Assembly (NCBI GenBank): GCA_963719505.1
Contig: CAVRCF010000005.1
Location: 896,001 to 960,000 of the forward strand
Direction of reading: 5' to 3'
DNA: 64,000 nt
Origin: Halobacteriovoraceae bacterium
GTDB taxonomy: Bacteria; Bdellovibrionota; Bacteriovoracia; Bacteriovoracales; Bacteriovoracaceae
A program made the position numbers and the translations under genes. Each line of letters opens with the position of its first letter. The stretch's first letter is position 1. Shown here one piece after another: positions 8,111 through 18,795 of the stretch. The notes below the pieces were generated by a model. The model had not been told where the DNA came from. It searched no databases and worked only from the letters and a program-made list of their open reading frames with translations.

Positions 8111-9508
8111 TCATTTATTCTTCACCATGCACCCTATAAAAGACTTAATACATTCTGAATCATATTTGGTCACCTGCTCTCTTGACTTAATAAAGTCTCT
8201 CATTGCCTTGATTGGGGTCGTATTCTTTGAGATAACAAACTCAGCGAAGCTACTTGCAAAACAGACAATCTTTGCCAACGGAAAAATCCTTTGACCGGTC
8301 AAACCATTTGGGTACCCCTTCCCGTTTATAAACTCTCTATGTTGATTGATAATCTGCTTAACTTGCTGGGGAACACTGGTCCCACTTAAAAGATTAAAGC
8401 CTTCAGTGGGGTAAGATTCGTAAATTAATTTCTGTGCTGCCGTTAACTCCTCGTAAGCTTTCCCTCTTATCTCGTCGGGAAGATTTAATTTTCCGATTTC
8501 GTGAAGTAAAGCTCCTTGGATAACATACTTCCCACTCAACTCTCCCCCCCACTGCATTCCTGAAAGTGTTATATTGGCGAAAAATGAGGTCAAGAACATA
8601 TAAGATATTTTTTCAGGATTTTCTTCAAAAAGAGCATTTATTAGAGCTCCCGTGCTTTTATCATTTTTTACAATATTATAGAGATTGTCACAAAGCTCTT
8701 TGGTCTGTTGAGTGAGCTTGGAATCAAGACCTTTTAGGTAAACCTCAGAGACGAAGTGATCTATTAATCCTTTTGACGCCGCGAGAGCTTCCACTCCATA
8801 GATCTTTCTCCTCTTCAAATACTTTGTGAGAAATTTATTCATAAACTCTATATACTCACCTCGATCTTTTGTCATAAAGTAGAGATTCTCAACGTCTTTT
8901 TTCTCTTCGTACTCTTTAAGTCTCGCTCTTGAAAATGCCTCTCCTTTATTTAGAAATTTGAGGTATTTATCTTTTCCAACTCTAATATAGAAATCAAAAA
9001 GAGTCGTTGATCCAAGGTAGATTTCACTGATAGCGATTTTTGTAAACTTAGCATCGGAAAGTGTTGTCGCATCTCCAAAGCTTATCTCGTTACCTCTGAT
9101 TGATTCTTGCCACTTTCTCTCTGCGGGATCATCCCTTAAAACATCAAGGATTTTATCATCACTATAAGGCTTTTTTACCATGGTACAAATACCAAGCTTA
9201 GACGACATTTTTTCGTCGAGTAGACCCAGATCTTCCGCCTCTAATTTGTCGGTATAAGTAAAGATAACTCTCGAAGCTGGAGAGTTAATTCTTATAAATG
9301 TAAGGAGATCAAAACTAGAGGTATTCTTGAGGTCGATATCGACGATGATAATTTTGAATTTCTTTTTGCTTATTTCAACCTGAGCACATTTACCAGTTTG
9401 GGCTGTCGCCACGAAATAGCTGGCATTTGTAAAGACCTTATTAAGCTTTTGCGCTAAATCAACATCAATGTCACATATTAATACCGAATCACTCAATGAA
9501 ACAACCAC
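8111..9508 (-). CDS. Receiver + degenerate HD-GYP domain protein
   Basis: N-terminal REC (IIVDIDL, KKP); C-terminal LLHEIGK, HREFINGKGYPNGL, IFPLAKIV. Confidence 0.85.
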   Translation of the reverse strand: MVVSLSDSVLICDIDVDLAQKLNKVFTNASYFVATAQTGKCAQVEISKKKFKIIIVDIDLKNTSSFDLLTFIRINSPASRVIFTYTDKLEAEDLGLLDEKMSSKLGICTMVKKPYSDDKILDVLRDDPAERKWQESIRGNEISFGDATTLSDAKFTKIAISEIYLGSTTLFDFYIRVGKDKYLKFLNKGEAFSRARLKEYEEKKDVENLYFMTKDRGEYIEFMNKFLTKYLKRRKIYGVEALAASKGLIDHFVSEVYLKGLDSKLTQQTKELCDNLYNIVKNDKSTGALINALFEENPEKISYMFLTSFFANITLSGMQWGGELSGKYVIQGALLHEIGKLNLPDEIRGKAYEELTAAQKLIYESYPTEGFNLLSGTSVPQQVKQIINQHREFINGKGYPNGLTGQRIFPLAKIVCFASSFAEFVISKNTTPIKAMRDFIKSREQVTKYDSECIKSFIGCMVKNK

Positions 9509-9605
9509 CTGTATGACAAAAATCTATATGAGTCATAGTATGATGTTAAATCAATGCAGGCTATAACAAAACAGGAATTTGCCTTAAGTTTTCTTAAGGT
9601 GCTCT

Positions 9606-10433
9606 TTATTTAACGTGACCCCATATATCTTCAACCCATTGCGGGTTGTCAATAAACGGATTTCTGTTTCCTTGGTATTTCTCACCGATATCACATCTTT
9701 TCATCTCGTGCTCGCTAACTGGGTCCATTTTGTGCCATTTTACTAATAGTTTGATAAACCAATCAGCATAAACCTGATCAGAAGTACCATTTAGCATGGT
9801 GTGGTTCCAAGAAGTAACTCTATCTTCATATCTTGTTGCAAAATAGAGAAGAGCTCTCGCGATATCACCTTTAAATTCATCAATTGGCTCAAAAACCCGT
9901 CCATTGTAGCCATCAGTTGTATTATTTCCAAGTTTAGAGCCATTGGCTGATACCCAAACTGGTCTATCAACTTCTCCAAATGGGAAGTTTGACCTTCTAC
10001 CATTAACATATCCATCAGTTGGGTAAACGTGGAAGAAGTCAGATCTCATTGGAGCTGCTTTATTAAAAATACCTTGAGGGAAAACATGCTCTCTATTGAA
10101 ACAATCAGATTCTTTCTGATAGTTTCCACACTTTTGACCTTTCTTTGAAAATTGGTAGGGGTCGTATGAGGATGGGTTTTCAGAGTACATATCGACAATT
10201 GAGCCATCTCCATTATAGGTCGTATCTGCATCACTGTTGAAATAGACATTCATCAAAGATCCATAACCTCTATTTATATGAGTTCTTTTGACAATTTTCT
10301 TAAGAGCTGTTTTGAGTTTGTATCCCGAAAGAGATTTTACTTCGTTATAGAAACCTTTATCTGCGACAGCAAAAACTGATGAAGACATAAGAGTGAGTAG
10401 GACTATTGCTTTAAGTATTCTTGGTGATTTCAA
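9606..10433 (-). CDS. Secreted endonuclease I (EndA/NucM family)
   Basis: Signal peptide; NREHVFPQ, SDFFHVYPTDGYVNGRRSN, KGDIARA, QGNRNPFID motifs. Confidence 0.9.
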   Translation of the reverse strand: MKSPRILKAIVLLTLMSSSVFAVADKGFYNEVKSLSGYKLKTALKKIVKRTHINRGYGSLMNVYFNSDADTTYNGDGSIVDMYSENPSSYDPYQFSKKGQKCGNYQKESDCFNREHVFPQGIFNKAAPMRSDFFHVYPTDGYVNGRRSNFPFGEVDRPVWVSANGSKLGNNTTDGYNGRVFEPIDEFKGDIARALLYFATRYEDRVTSWNHTMLNGTSDQVYADWFIKLLVKWHKMDPVSEHEMKRCDIGEKYQGNRNPFIDNPQWVEDIWGHVK

Positions 10434-10614
10434 CTGCTTCCCCTTTTATGTAAGAACAACTAATACAAAACTTAACTTTATCTAATAGATTTGACTGAAT
10501 TCTAAACACTCAATTTCTAAAGAGCAAGTAATTTCTTACGTTATTTTAAGGTCTTAAAATTTTCACATCAAGGGGGAATCACTAAGTGTAATTAAATGTT
10601 TTATACGCAGAGAG

Positions 10615-11277
10615 TTATTTTTTTATAATAGGTCGTTTTCTATTTGGGTACAAAGTTGTGCAAATGGGACATACAAGCCCTCGGCAACCCCTCGCCGTGC
10701 AGTATTCGCGGCCATAGAATATAATTTGAAGGTGAAGTTTATTCCAGCTCTCAATGGGAAACAGTTTTTTTAAATCTTTTTCTGTCTGTTCAACGTTTTT
10801 TCCGTCTGTCAGTTTCCAGTTCTGAGCGAGTCGATGAATATGAGTATCGACAGGAAATGCGGGCATTCCAAATGCCTGACTCAAAACGACGCCTGCAGTT
10901 TTGTGCCCCACTCCAGGGAGTTCCTCGAGATCCTCAAAATTTTCTGGAACCAGACCTCCGTGTTTATTGATAAGAATATGGGAAAGATCCCAAATCGCTT
11001 TAGATTTTCTGGGGCTTAAGCCACAGGGTCTTATGATCTCTTTTATTTGTTCGACTTTTACTTTAACCATATCGAATGGGTTTGAGGCGAGTTTAAACAA
11101 AGCTGGTGTGACTTTGTTCACTCTTTCATCAGTGCACTGAGCAGAAAGCAAAACGGCGATAAGAAGAGTATAGGGGCTTGTATTATCTAGAGGACAGGGT
11201 GTCTCCGGGTAAAGCCTTTCAAGCTCATGCAAAATATACTCAGCTCGTCTTTTTTTAGAAGTTGTATAATTAATCAT
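10615..11277 (-). CDS. nth: Endonuclease III
   Basis: LLSAQCTD, HhH LPGVGHKTA, VDTHIHR, C-terminal Cys cluster. Confidence 0.93.
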   Translation of the reverse strand: MINYTTSKKRRAEYILHELERLYPETPCPLDNTSPYTLLIAVLLSAQCTDERVNKVTPALFKLASNPFDMVKVKVEQIKEIIRPCGLSPRKSKAIWDLSHILINKHGGLVPENFEDLEELPGVGHKTAGVVLSQAFGMPAFPVDTHIHRLAQNWKLTDGKNVEQTEKDLKKLFPIESWNKLHLQIIFYGREYCTARGCRGLVCPICTTLYPNRKRPIIKK

Positions 11278-12275
11278 TTATTAAACTCTTTAAACGTTTT
11301 TGCGAAAAGAGTATCGCTCGCCTCTATCACAGAGAGCTTATTGTTTAAAACATCGGCATGCAGAGAATTTAAATTATTTTCAAAATCAGGTTCATCTAAA
11401 ATCTCGCTATTAACCTTCTCAAAGAAAAGCTCTTTAAGCCATTTCAAGACTTGATCATTTCTCTTGTGATTAATTCTATTGTCTTTATTCATTTTTGAAT
11501 AAAATTCATTAATAAGGGTCCAAATATTATCTAAGCCCTCACCTTTTAAGCCTGAACAAAGAGTAACTGGAGGAACCCAAAAGTCACTCGAGCGCAAGAT
11601 GTGAAGTGCCGATTCATATTCGCCTTTGGCAAGCTTGGCTAACATCATCTTATCCCCGTCGGCTTTATTAATGGCCACAAGGTCAGCTAGTTCTAAAATT
11701 CCTCTTTTTATTCCTTGGAGATCATCGCCAGCTCCCGGTTGCATAAGCACCAAAAAGAAATCTACAAGCTTTGATACAGTGACCTCTGATTGCCCGACAC
11801 CTACAGTTTCAACGATAACGACGTCAAAGCCCGCAGCCTCACACAAAAGGAGACTCTCCCGCGTCTTAGAGGCAACCCCACCGAGGTTCATTCCACTTGG
11901 AGTTGGCCTAATAAATGATTTGGGATTGCTAGAGAGTTTATTCATTCTCGTCTTATCTCCCAGAATACTTCCCCCACTTTTATAACTAGTGGGATCAATT
12001 GCTAAAACGGCAACTTTTAAACCGAGGTCATCTATAAGATAGCTTCCAAAAGTTTCTATAAAGGTCGACTTTCCAACACCTGGAGTTCCAGAGATACCAA
12101 TTCTTTTTGCTGAACCAGTGAGAGGCATAATCTTTTTTAAAACTTCTCTGGCGATTTGTTGATGTTCAAACTTTTTACTCTCAACTAAAGTAATAGCTCG
12201 AGAAAGCGTCGTCATATCGGCATCTTTAATACCTTTGACATACTCATCAACACTTAGGTTCTTTCTCAGACTCAT
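11274..12275 (-). CDS. meaB: Methylmalonyl-CoA mutase-associated GTPase MeaB/ArgK
   Basis: [33 protein letters not shown]; adjacent to the mutase. Confidence 0.95.
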   Translation of the reverse strand: MSLRKNLSVDEYVKGIKDADMTTLSRAITLVESKKFEHQQIAREVLKKIMPLTGSAKRIGISGTPGVGKSTFIETFGSYLIDDLGLKVAVLAIDPTSYKSGGSILGDKTRMNKLSSNPKSFIRPTPSGMNLGGVASKTRESLLLCEAAGFDVVIVETVGVGQSEVTVSKLVDFFLVLMQPGAGDDLQGIKRGILELADLVAINKADGDKMMLAKLAKGEYESALHILRSSDFWVPPVTLCSGLKGEGLDNIWTLINEFYSKMNKDNRINHKRNDQVLKWLKELFFEKVNSEILDEPDFENNLNSLHADVLNNKLSVIEASDTLFAKTFKEFNK

Positions 12276-14401
12276 TTGTGACCTAATACAACTTTAATTT
12301 TTTTGAGAAGCTCGATCGCAGATTCAGAGATGACAGTTCCTGGACCAAACACAGACATAACCCCCATATCAAAAAGAGTTTTATAGTCGTCAGGAGGAAT
12401 CACTCCCCCAACCACGATGGCGATATCTTCTCTATTCAATTCTTTTAAAGCTTTTTGAAGGGCTGGCACTAAAGTGAGGTGACCAGCGGCCAGTGAACTT
12501 GCCGCAATAAAATGAACATCATTTTCTACCGCTTGCTTTGCCGTCTCTTCAGGTGTTTGAAAGAGTGGGCCTATATCAACATCAAAGCCTAAGTCTGCAT
12601 AAGCTGTGGCCACAACCTTTTGACCTCTGTCATGACCATCTTGACCCATTTTAGCAATAAGGATTCTAGGTCGTCTCCCTTCTGCTTTTTCAAAGGTTTC
12701 AATAAGGCCAGTTAAAATCTTTACACCATCGTTTTCTTCACCCAATGTATTCATATAAACGCCTTTTATAGATTTAATGACAGCTGTATGTCGCCCGTAT
12801 ACATTCTCAAGAGCTGTACTTATCTCACCGACTGTGGCTTTTGCTCTGGCAGCTTTTACGGCCAGATCAAGAAGATTACCTTCATTAGATTTAGCCGCCT
12901 TCTCAATATCGAGAAGCTTTACTTGCACAGCTTTTTCGTCTCTTTCTTCTTTAAGCTCTTTAAGCCTTCTCAGTTGAGCAATACGCACTTTGGTATTATC
13001 AACTTTTAATACGGGAATATCTTCCTCAAAGTCAGGGACATCTTTATTTAGACCGATAATAATTTGTTTTTTAGAGTCTATTCTGGCTTGAGTTTTTGCA
13101 GCTGCTTCTTCAATTCTCATTTTAGGAATTCCAGCTTCAATCGCCTTACTCATCCCTCCATACTCTTCAACTTCTTTGATGTGCTCCCAAGCTTTTGCCG
13201 CAAGATCAGAGGTAAGCTTTTCAATAAAGAAGCTTCCACCCCAAGGATCAATTGTTTTACAAGTGTCCGTTTCATTTTGAATAAAAAGCTGAGTATTTCT
13301 CGCTATTCGCGCACTAAAATCAGTGGGAAGAGCGAGGGCTTCATCTAAAGAGTTTGTATGAAGTGATTGAGTGGCGCCGTGACTTGCGGCCATGGCTTCA
13401 ACACAGGTTCTGGTTACATTATTAAAAACATCTTGAGCTGTTAAACTCCATCCACTTGTCTGACAATGAGTTCTAAGGCTCATGGATTTTTCAAGTTTAG
13501 GTGAAAACATTTTTACGATTTTTGCCCATAGAAGTCTGCCCGCCCTCATTTTTGCCACTTCCATAGGATAGTTCATTCCTATGGCCCAAAAAAACGAAAG
13601 TCTTGGAGCAAATTTATCGATATCAATCCCCGCATCAATTCCCGCTCTGATATACTCGAGCCCATCCGCTAAAGTATAAGCGAGCTCTAAATCAGCTGTC
13701 GCCCCGGCCTCTTGCATATGATAGCCAGAGATACTAATAGAATTAAACTTTGGCATATGGGTAGATGTATATTCGAAAATATCGGCGATAATCTTCATGC
13801 TAGGAGCTGGTGGATAGATATAAGTATTTCTCACCATGAATTCTTTTAAGATATCATTTTGAATTGTTCCTGAGAGTTTATCCTGTGAAACTCCTTGTTC
13901 TTCAGCGGCTACGATGTAAAGAGCAAGAATGGGAAGAACGGCTCCATTCATTGTCATTGAAACACTCATTTGATCAAGCGGAATCTTGTCAAAAAGAATT
14001 TGCATATCTTTAATAGAATCGATGGCCACACCGGCCATCCCAACATCACCTAAAACTCTTGGATGATCAGAGTCATAGCCCCTATGAGTCGCTAGATCAA
14101 AAGCAATCGAGAGTCCCTTCTGACCTTTTGAGAGATTTCTTAGGTAAAAAGCATTACTCTCTTCAGCTGTAGAAAAACCCGCATATTGCCTTACAGTCCA
14201 TGGCTTTGTTCGGTACATGGTTGAATAAGGTCCTCTAATAAAGGGCGCAAACCCAGGAAGAGTTCCCACGTGATCAGAGTCTTCTAAATCAGAAAAAGTA
14301 TATGATTCTTTAAGACTTATTTCCTCTGGAGTCACAAAACTTTTATTGAATTCTTTTGATTTATTCTTTTTATTAAAAATATCTATAGATGAAAGATTCA
14401 T
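12272..14401 (-). CDS. scpA: Methylmalonyl-CoA mutase, catalytic B12-binding subunit
   Basis: [19 protein letters not shown]12-binding GQDGHDRG motif. Confidence 0.97.
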   Translation of the reverse strand: MNLSSIDIFNKKNKSKEFNKSFVTPEEISLKESYTFSDLEDSDHVGTLPGFAPFIRGPYSTMYRTKPWTVRQYAGFSTAEESNAFYLRNLSKGQKGLSIAFDLATHRGYDSDHPRVLGDVGMAGVAIDSIKDMQILFDKIPLDQMSVSMTMNGAVLPILALYIVAAEEQGVSQDKLSGTIQNDILKEFMVRNTYIYPPAPSMKIIADIFEYTSTHMPKFNSISISGYHMQEAGATADLELAYTLADGLEYIRAGIDAGIDIDKFAPRLSFFWAIGMNYPMEVAKMRAGRLLWAKIVKMFSPKLEKSMSLRTHCQTSGWSLTAQDVFNNVTRTCVEAMAASHGATQSLHTNSLDEALALPTDFSARIARNTQLFIQNETDTCKTIDPWGGSFFIEKLTSDLAAKAWEHIKEVEEYGGMSKAIEAGIPKMRIEEAAAKTQARIDSKKQIIIGLNKDVPDFEEDIPVLKVDNTKVRIAQLRRLKELKEERDEKAVQVKLLDIEKAAKSNEGNLLDLAVKAARAKATVGEISTALENVYGRHTAVIKSIKGVYMNTLGEENDGVKILTGLIETFEKAEGRRPRILIAKMGQDGHDRGQKVVATAYADLGFDVDIGPLFQTPEETAKQAVENDVHFIAASSLAAGHLTLVPALQKALKELNREDIAIVVGGVIPPDDYKTLFDMGVMSVFGPGTVISESAIELLKKIKVVLGHK

Positions 14402-15735
14402 ACATTCTCCTTCATAACAAAACTTTTTAAGACACTGAAAATATCTTGTCCCATAAACAGATTACTTGTGATCTTTTCATTCTCATGCGCAAAGTTTCCG
14501 GCTAAGTAAATACTCATTGGATTTTTAGCAGCGACCGCTTCAACATATTTATCGAGCTCTTTTTCATAAGCCGTATCTGTCGCACAGATAATGACATGCT
14601 TATTCTCTTTTAACTCATCTATTGAATGAGCAATCTCAACTTTAGAGCCCACAACTTCAAAGTAATTCTGGCAAAAATTAATTCTTCCCGAAAGCTTCGC
14701 TTCTGTGTCAAAAAGAACAATCGCCACGGGATTTTCTTTGGCCTTAAACTTGGATCTTAATTCATCAAATTCAAAGCTCACTGGTCTTATAGGAAAGAGA
14801 TCATCTTTTATTTTTGGTATTTTAAATTCAGTTTGATAAATATTTTTTAGTGTCTCATCTGGGTTAGCAAAATTATTAACACCGGTGATCGTTATTTTTC
14901 TCTCTCGAGCCAGGGCAAACCTCTTTTGAGCAACGCTCTCTATTTCTTTTGCAAAATCTTGATCTGTTGAGTAATCGAGCGCCAACTTCCAACCTTTTTC
15001 AATCATAGTCTCTGTCATATGTTCAACGCTATAACTGCCTTTAGAATAATCCTTCACTTGAGCGAGATGACTCTCCTCCAGAAGTATCTTGAGGTGGTTA
15101 CGACTTTGTCTTAGTCCAAGACCTGAACAGTCATTTCCAGTCATCTCGGAGTATAAGGCATCGTAGCTATAAGAGCTTATGAAGTCAGCTCCTCCAATAA
15201 TTGCGGCCATTGAGCTTGTCACGTTTCTAAGCATATTAACCCATGGATCGAAAAGAGTTTGTTCTCTTAACGAGTTAAAAGCGTGAATTTTGAATTCAGT
15301 TTTGTTATCGGATTCTTCGCAGAGTCTTTCGAAAAGATAGCGCAGAGCTCTCAATTTTGAGATATTTGAAAAATAAAGAGAATCAAGGGCGACAGAAACT
15401 GATATCTCTTTTTTCTTCTCTATGAGGTCATTAAATTTAACAGTAGCAAAAGCCAACTCTTGAATAATACTCGCTCCACTATTATGGATCTTTGCTAAAT
15501 CGATATCGAAAGAATCAATCTTTGTTCCAGTATTAACCTGTGAGGGAAAAGTTGAAAGCTCGCAAATAAAATCTGTCTCTATCTGAATGGGATAAAGATC
15601 AAATCCCTCCACTGATTTAAAAAGAAGCCTTTTATCCAGATCTTCTGTTTTAAGCATAGCCTTGGTTGCTTCTTCCCAATCCCCAAGTGTTTTCTTAGGA
15701 AACAAGCCTTCGATATTAATAGTGTTATCAATCAT
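14398..15735 (-). CDS. mutA: Methylmalonyl-CoA mutase small subunit (shortened)
   Basis: [37 protein letters not shown]; operonic with the catalytic subunit. Confidence 0.8.
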   Translation of the reverse strand: MIDNTINIEGLFPKKTLGDWEEATKAMLKTEDLDKRLLFKSVEGFDLYPIQIETDFICELSTFPSQVNTGTKIDSFDIDLAKIHNSGASIIQELAFATVKFNDLIEKKKEISVSVALDSLYFSNISKLRALRYLFERLCEESDNKTEFKIHAFNSLREQTLFDPWVNMLRNVTSSMAAIIGGADFISSYSYDALYSEMTGNDCSGLGLRQSRNHLKILLEESHLAQVKDYSKGSYSVEHMTETMIEKGWKLALDYSTDQDFAKEIESVAQKRFALARERKITITGVNNFANPDETLKNIYQTEFKIPKIKDDLFPIRPVSFEFDELRSKFKAKENPVAIVLFDTEAKLSGRINFCQNYFEVVGSKVEIAHSIDELKENKHVIICATDTAYEKELDKYVEAVAAKNPMSIYLAGNFAHENEKITSNLFMGQDIFSVLKSFVMKENV

Positions 15736-15814
15736 TTTTCCATCCTTAAATTTGATAAAATATACCAAAATAAAGCTAGTTATAAAAGAAAAGTGGCTCT
15801 ACTCTATGCAGCAT

Positions 15815-16579
15815 TTACCGATAATAAGGATGTTGTCTTATTTTTTGAAGGTAGTGAAGGGCTTGTTGCTCCCTAGCGAGCTCGGTGTTGGTTTTCAAAA
15901 AGTCTGGTCTAAACTTTAGAAGATTTAGAAGACTAATAAGTGTTTGACCTACTTCTAATATTGCTTGAGATACTTTTGTTGCGGCTTTAAAACCGACTCT
16001 TTCAAAAACAAATTGATCTTGCCCAAATGTTTTTTTCATTTGTAATCCTGATGCCTTAAATTTAAAAATAAAGTGAGCCTCGACAAAACCCTCGTCAAAC
16101 TCATCCCCTAATTCAAAGTCTTTAAGTTTTCTCTCTAAATAGCTCATCACATGAAAACGCAAAAAGCCGTTTTTAGAGTTAAACAGACTGTTTGAGAGAA
16201 TAAATTTTCCCTTTTTATTAAAGTAGAGCTTTGCTATCACAGCTCCTTGGATGTTGAATTTTTGAAAAGTGCTTGGAAATGTTAATCCCTCATCAATGAC
16301 CTCATAGAGTTCATATTTTTTTGTCCCAGCGTTGCTGAAGATTAGATTTTTAACAAATCCATCTGAGCTCGTTGCCAATAAAGAGCTGTTAAATGCATCA
16401 AAGATTGACGTCTGTTTAGATTCTTCTTTTTTACTTCGCTTTTTAGCTTTTGTTTGAGTCTCTACTTTTGACACTAATTTTAAAGGGATAACCCTATTGG
16501 CTTTATCACTAGGCTTTTGAATGAGTAGCAGTGGTAGATGTAAAATGGATGCCAATAAGAAGAACTTAAAAAGCTTCAA
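15815..16579 (-). CDS. TonB-like energy transducer
   Basis: N-terminal TM with SxxH (ASILHLP), Lys-rich linker, FP...NIQGAVIAKLYFNKKG resembling the TonB C-terminal domain. Confidence 0.6.
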   Translation of the reverse strand: MKLFKFFLLASILHLPLLLIQKPSDKANRVIPLKLVSKVETQTKAKKRSKKEESKQTSIFDAFNSSLLATSSDGFVKNLIFSNAGTKKYELYEVIDEGLTFPSTFQKFNIQGAVIAKLYFNKKGKFILSNSLFNSKNGFLRFHVMSYLERKLKDFELGDEFDEGFVEAHFIFKFKASGLQMKKTFGQDQFVFERVGFKAATKVSQAILEVGQTLISLLNLLKFRPDFLKTNTELAREQQALHYLQKIRQHPYYR

Positions 16580-16582
16580 ATT

Positions 16583-16651
16583 CTACAGACTAAACGAATC
16601 AATGAATAAACCTAAACTGAAAATAACTAAAATCACTATGTTTTTATACAT
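16583..16651 (-). CDS. 22-aa hydrophobic small ORF (MYKNIVILVIFSLGLFIDSFSL), in frame with the TonB-like gene
   Basis: GAGGAG SD upstream of ATG at 16651; ends in TAG followed by AAT TTG, the start of the TonB-like ORF. Confidence 0.5.
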   Translation of the reverse strand: MYKNIVILVIFSLGLFIDSFSL

Positions 16652-16874
16652 ATTGCTCCTCTATTTTTAAAAAGAATAACCTACTCTTAGCCGCTTTTTT
16701 AAGGAAACAGTTGTAACAAAGGGTAACAGTGCGATTAAAAAACTGTCAAAAAATCTGACACCCAATATAGATATTTCCCTGACCCTCGATGGAGATCTTA
16801 AAAAGTGTAAAAATAGAACGAAATAAGAAACAAAAATAATTTATTTATCGGGTTTTGGATTCAAGGAGAATTGA

Positions 16875-17342
16875 ATGAAAAAGGTTTTATTAGCACTACT
16901 TTCCCTCACTTTTATCGCAACTGCATCTGCTCAAGATAGAAGTAGAGTTTCAGGTACTGTTCGTATTGGAGACGGAACAAATGTTATTAGAATCGATGTC
17001 AATTCAAATAATCGCAGTTCAAACACAAACATCAATAGACGAGTTGAAAGACTAGAAATGGCCGTAAGACAATTGCAAAATAGAGTCTATGAACTTGAAG
17101 AAACAACTGTTGACGAGGAAGGGTCTTTCAACTGCTCTGTAACAACTTGTAGAGAATCCACAAGTATCCACTCTGCTAGCGCTAATAATTGTCGATTCTT
17201 CGATATGTATGCCACTGAGTCAGTTAGGGTCTACGCTTATACAGGCGTTGATGCTGAGAGAAAAGCACTAGCAAAATTAAGATCAGATGCTGATGTTAAA
17301 CTTATTCAAGAATCAACTCTTTCATGCCGTGAGCAAAGATAG
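16875..17342 (+). CDS. Secreted hypothetical protein with short coiled coil and Cys-containing C-domain
   Basis: AAGGAG SD, signal peptide, RRVERLEMAVRQLQNRVYELE heptads, 4 Cys. Confidence 0.8.
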   Translation: MKKVLLALLSLTFIATASAQDRSRVSGTVRIGDGTNVIRIDVNSNNRSSNTNINRRVERLEMAVRQLQNRVYELEETTVDEEGSFNCSVTTCRESTSIHSASANNCRFFDMYATESVRVYAYTGVDAERKALAKLRSDADVKLIQESTLSCREQR

Positions 17343-17366
17343 TCAAAATTAATCAAACACATAACT

Positions 17367-17399
17367 GCTTGGACTTGTAAAAGTTCAAGCTTTTTTTTT
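17367..17399 (+). terminator. Intrinsic terminator
   Basis: GCTTGGACTT-GTAA-AAGTTCAAGC stem (one G-U pair) followed by T9. Confidence 0.8.
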
Positions 17400-17430
17400 G
17401 TTGAACATAAACCGCACAAAGGATCGCGAA

Positions 17431-17874
17431 ATGAAATTCTTATTGATATCACTTTTTACCCTTACAAGCTTATCGGCTTTCGCTGAAGATATCGTTTGCC
17501 AGGTTAAACTTATAGACTCGAGCTCTCTTGAGACTCTCTCCGAAAGAGAAATAAGACAAAATTCTTCCGGTATGGTCTCTGGAAGCATTGCCGGTGCAGA
17601 TTTCTATATTGAGTCGGTAAAAAGAAGACTTTTACGTAAACCAATTCCAAGCTCAGTCATCTCTTTTGGAAGAGTACAAAATGGATGGGATAATTCGACT
17701 ACTATTCAATTTTGGAGAAAGTCGAATCCAAATAGACACGGAATTCTTGTCGATTCACAGAATATTGGATCTGAAATAAAAGTCTTTCCAGGTGAAAAAG
17801 TTGAGGAAAACCTTGGAGATGATTATCTGGCCAGCATTGCGTGCAGCTTGCAAGAGAGTCAATATTACTTTTAA
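17431..17874 (+). CDS. Secreted hypothetical protein
   Basis: MKFLLISLFTLTSLSAFA signal peptide; Cys near both termini. Confidence 0.75.
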   Translation: MKFLLISLFTLTSLSAFAEDIVCQVKLIDSSSLETLSEREIRQNSSGMVSGSIAGADFYIESVKRRLLRKPIPSSVISFGRVQNGWDNSTTIQFWRKSNPNRHGILVDSQNIGSEIKVFPGEKVEENLGDDYLASIACSLQESQYYF

Positions 17875-17888
17875 TAATCCTCATTTTG

Positions 17889-17913
17889 CCTGTAGAACAC
17901 TTTGCTCTACAGG
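17889..17913. terminator. Hairpin between convergent genes, probable terminator
   Basis: CCTGTAGA-N9-TCTACAGG; U tracts weak. Confidence 0.5.
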
Positions 17914-17914
17914 A

Positions 17915-18700
17915 CTACTTTAAAGCCGCGATATATGTTACCCAAGCTTCACATTGTTCAGCTTCTTCAGTTGCATAGAACTCACCGTCCCCTGCTCCAT
18001 CGCCGTCATCGCCTTCCCAGTAACCAACAGTTTTAGAGAAACCAGCCTCAATCAAAAGATCTCGAAGCTCCATCATTCCCCACATTCTCCAGTTATAAAC
18101 AAAGACATCTTTTCTCTTTTGCTCACCTTTTCTTTTAAAGTGAATGGCAAAACGACATTCATTTGTCATTGGGTTAAACATCTGACATTCCCAAAAATAC
18201 TTGAAGCCATCGTGAGAGATTATATCTGTATTTTCTTGAATGCTATCTGGTCCACCAAAAAGATCCATAAAGAAGACCCCACCTTCATTTAAAGCTTCAT
18301 GTGCGGCTTTAAAATAGGTTAAAAGGTCGGATCGTTTGTGAAAAATAAAATATGAAAAGTTAAAAGCAAAACAGATGTCCACTTTAGGAGTTCCAGAGTT
18401 TAGAACATTCCCCTCGATATATTTCATTCTCTTTTGTTCTTCACTTGATAGTTTGGCGTAATGATTTTCCACACCATACTCAATCGGCTCTGGATCAAGG
18501 TCTATCCCCCAAGCCTTATGCTCTTTACTTTGCTTAACCCACTCACAAGAAATAGCAGCGGTCCCACAGAAATCTTCTCTTAGGGTCTTAGCTTTTGCTC
18601 CGCGCAATTCTTCGAATTTATCATTAAAGAATTCGACTTCGTTTGAAGGGTTTTGAACACTTTTTTCGTAATAGACATATTTATTGAATGGTTTTGCCAT
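17915..18700 (-). CDS. Class I SAM-dependent methyltransferase
   Basis: LREDFCGT motif I variant, GIDLD, GNV, LNEGGVF. Confidence 0.85.
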   Translation of the reverse strand: MAKPFNKYVYYEKSVQNPSNEVEFFNDKFEELRGAKAKTLREDFCGTAAISCEWVKQSKEHKAWGIDLDPEPIEYGVENHYAKLSSEEQKRMKYIEGNVLNSGTPKVDICFAFNFSYFIFHKRSDLLTYFKAAHEALNEGGVFFMDLFGGPDSIQENTDIISHDGFKYFWECQMFNPMTNECRFAIHFKRKGEQKRKDVFVYNWRMWGMMELRDLLIEAGFSKTVGYWEGDDGDGAGDGEFYATEEAEQCEAWVTYIAALK

Positions 18701-18795
18701 TAGGTACTACTCCATTTGAATCATTTTTAGTTTTTTGATTCAAACAGAGTAGCAAGGTTTTAATTGAACTTTAAGCTATTTGTTTCACTAATACG

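Noticed and set aside
15736-15814. Cobalamin riboswitch upstream of the mutase operon
   Set aside because: The region is short and AT-rich with no B12-box or structured core
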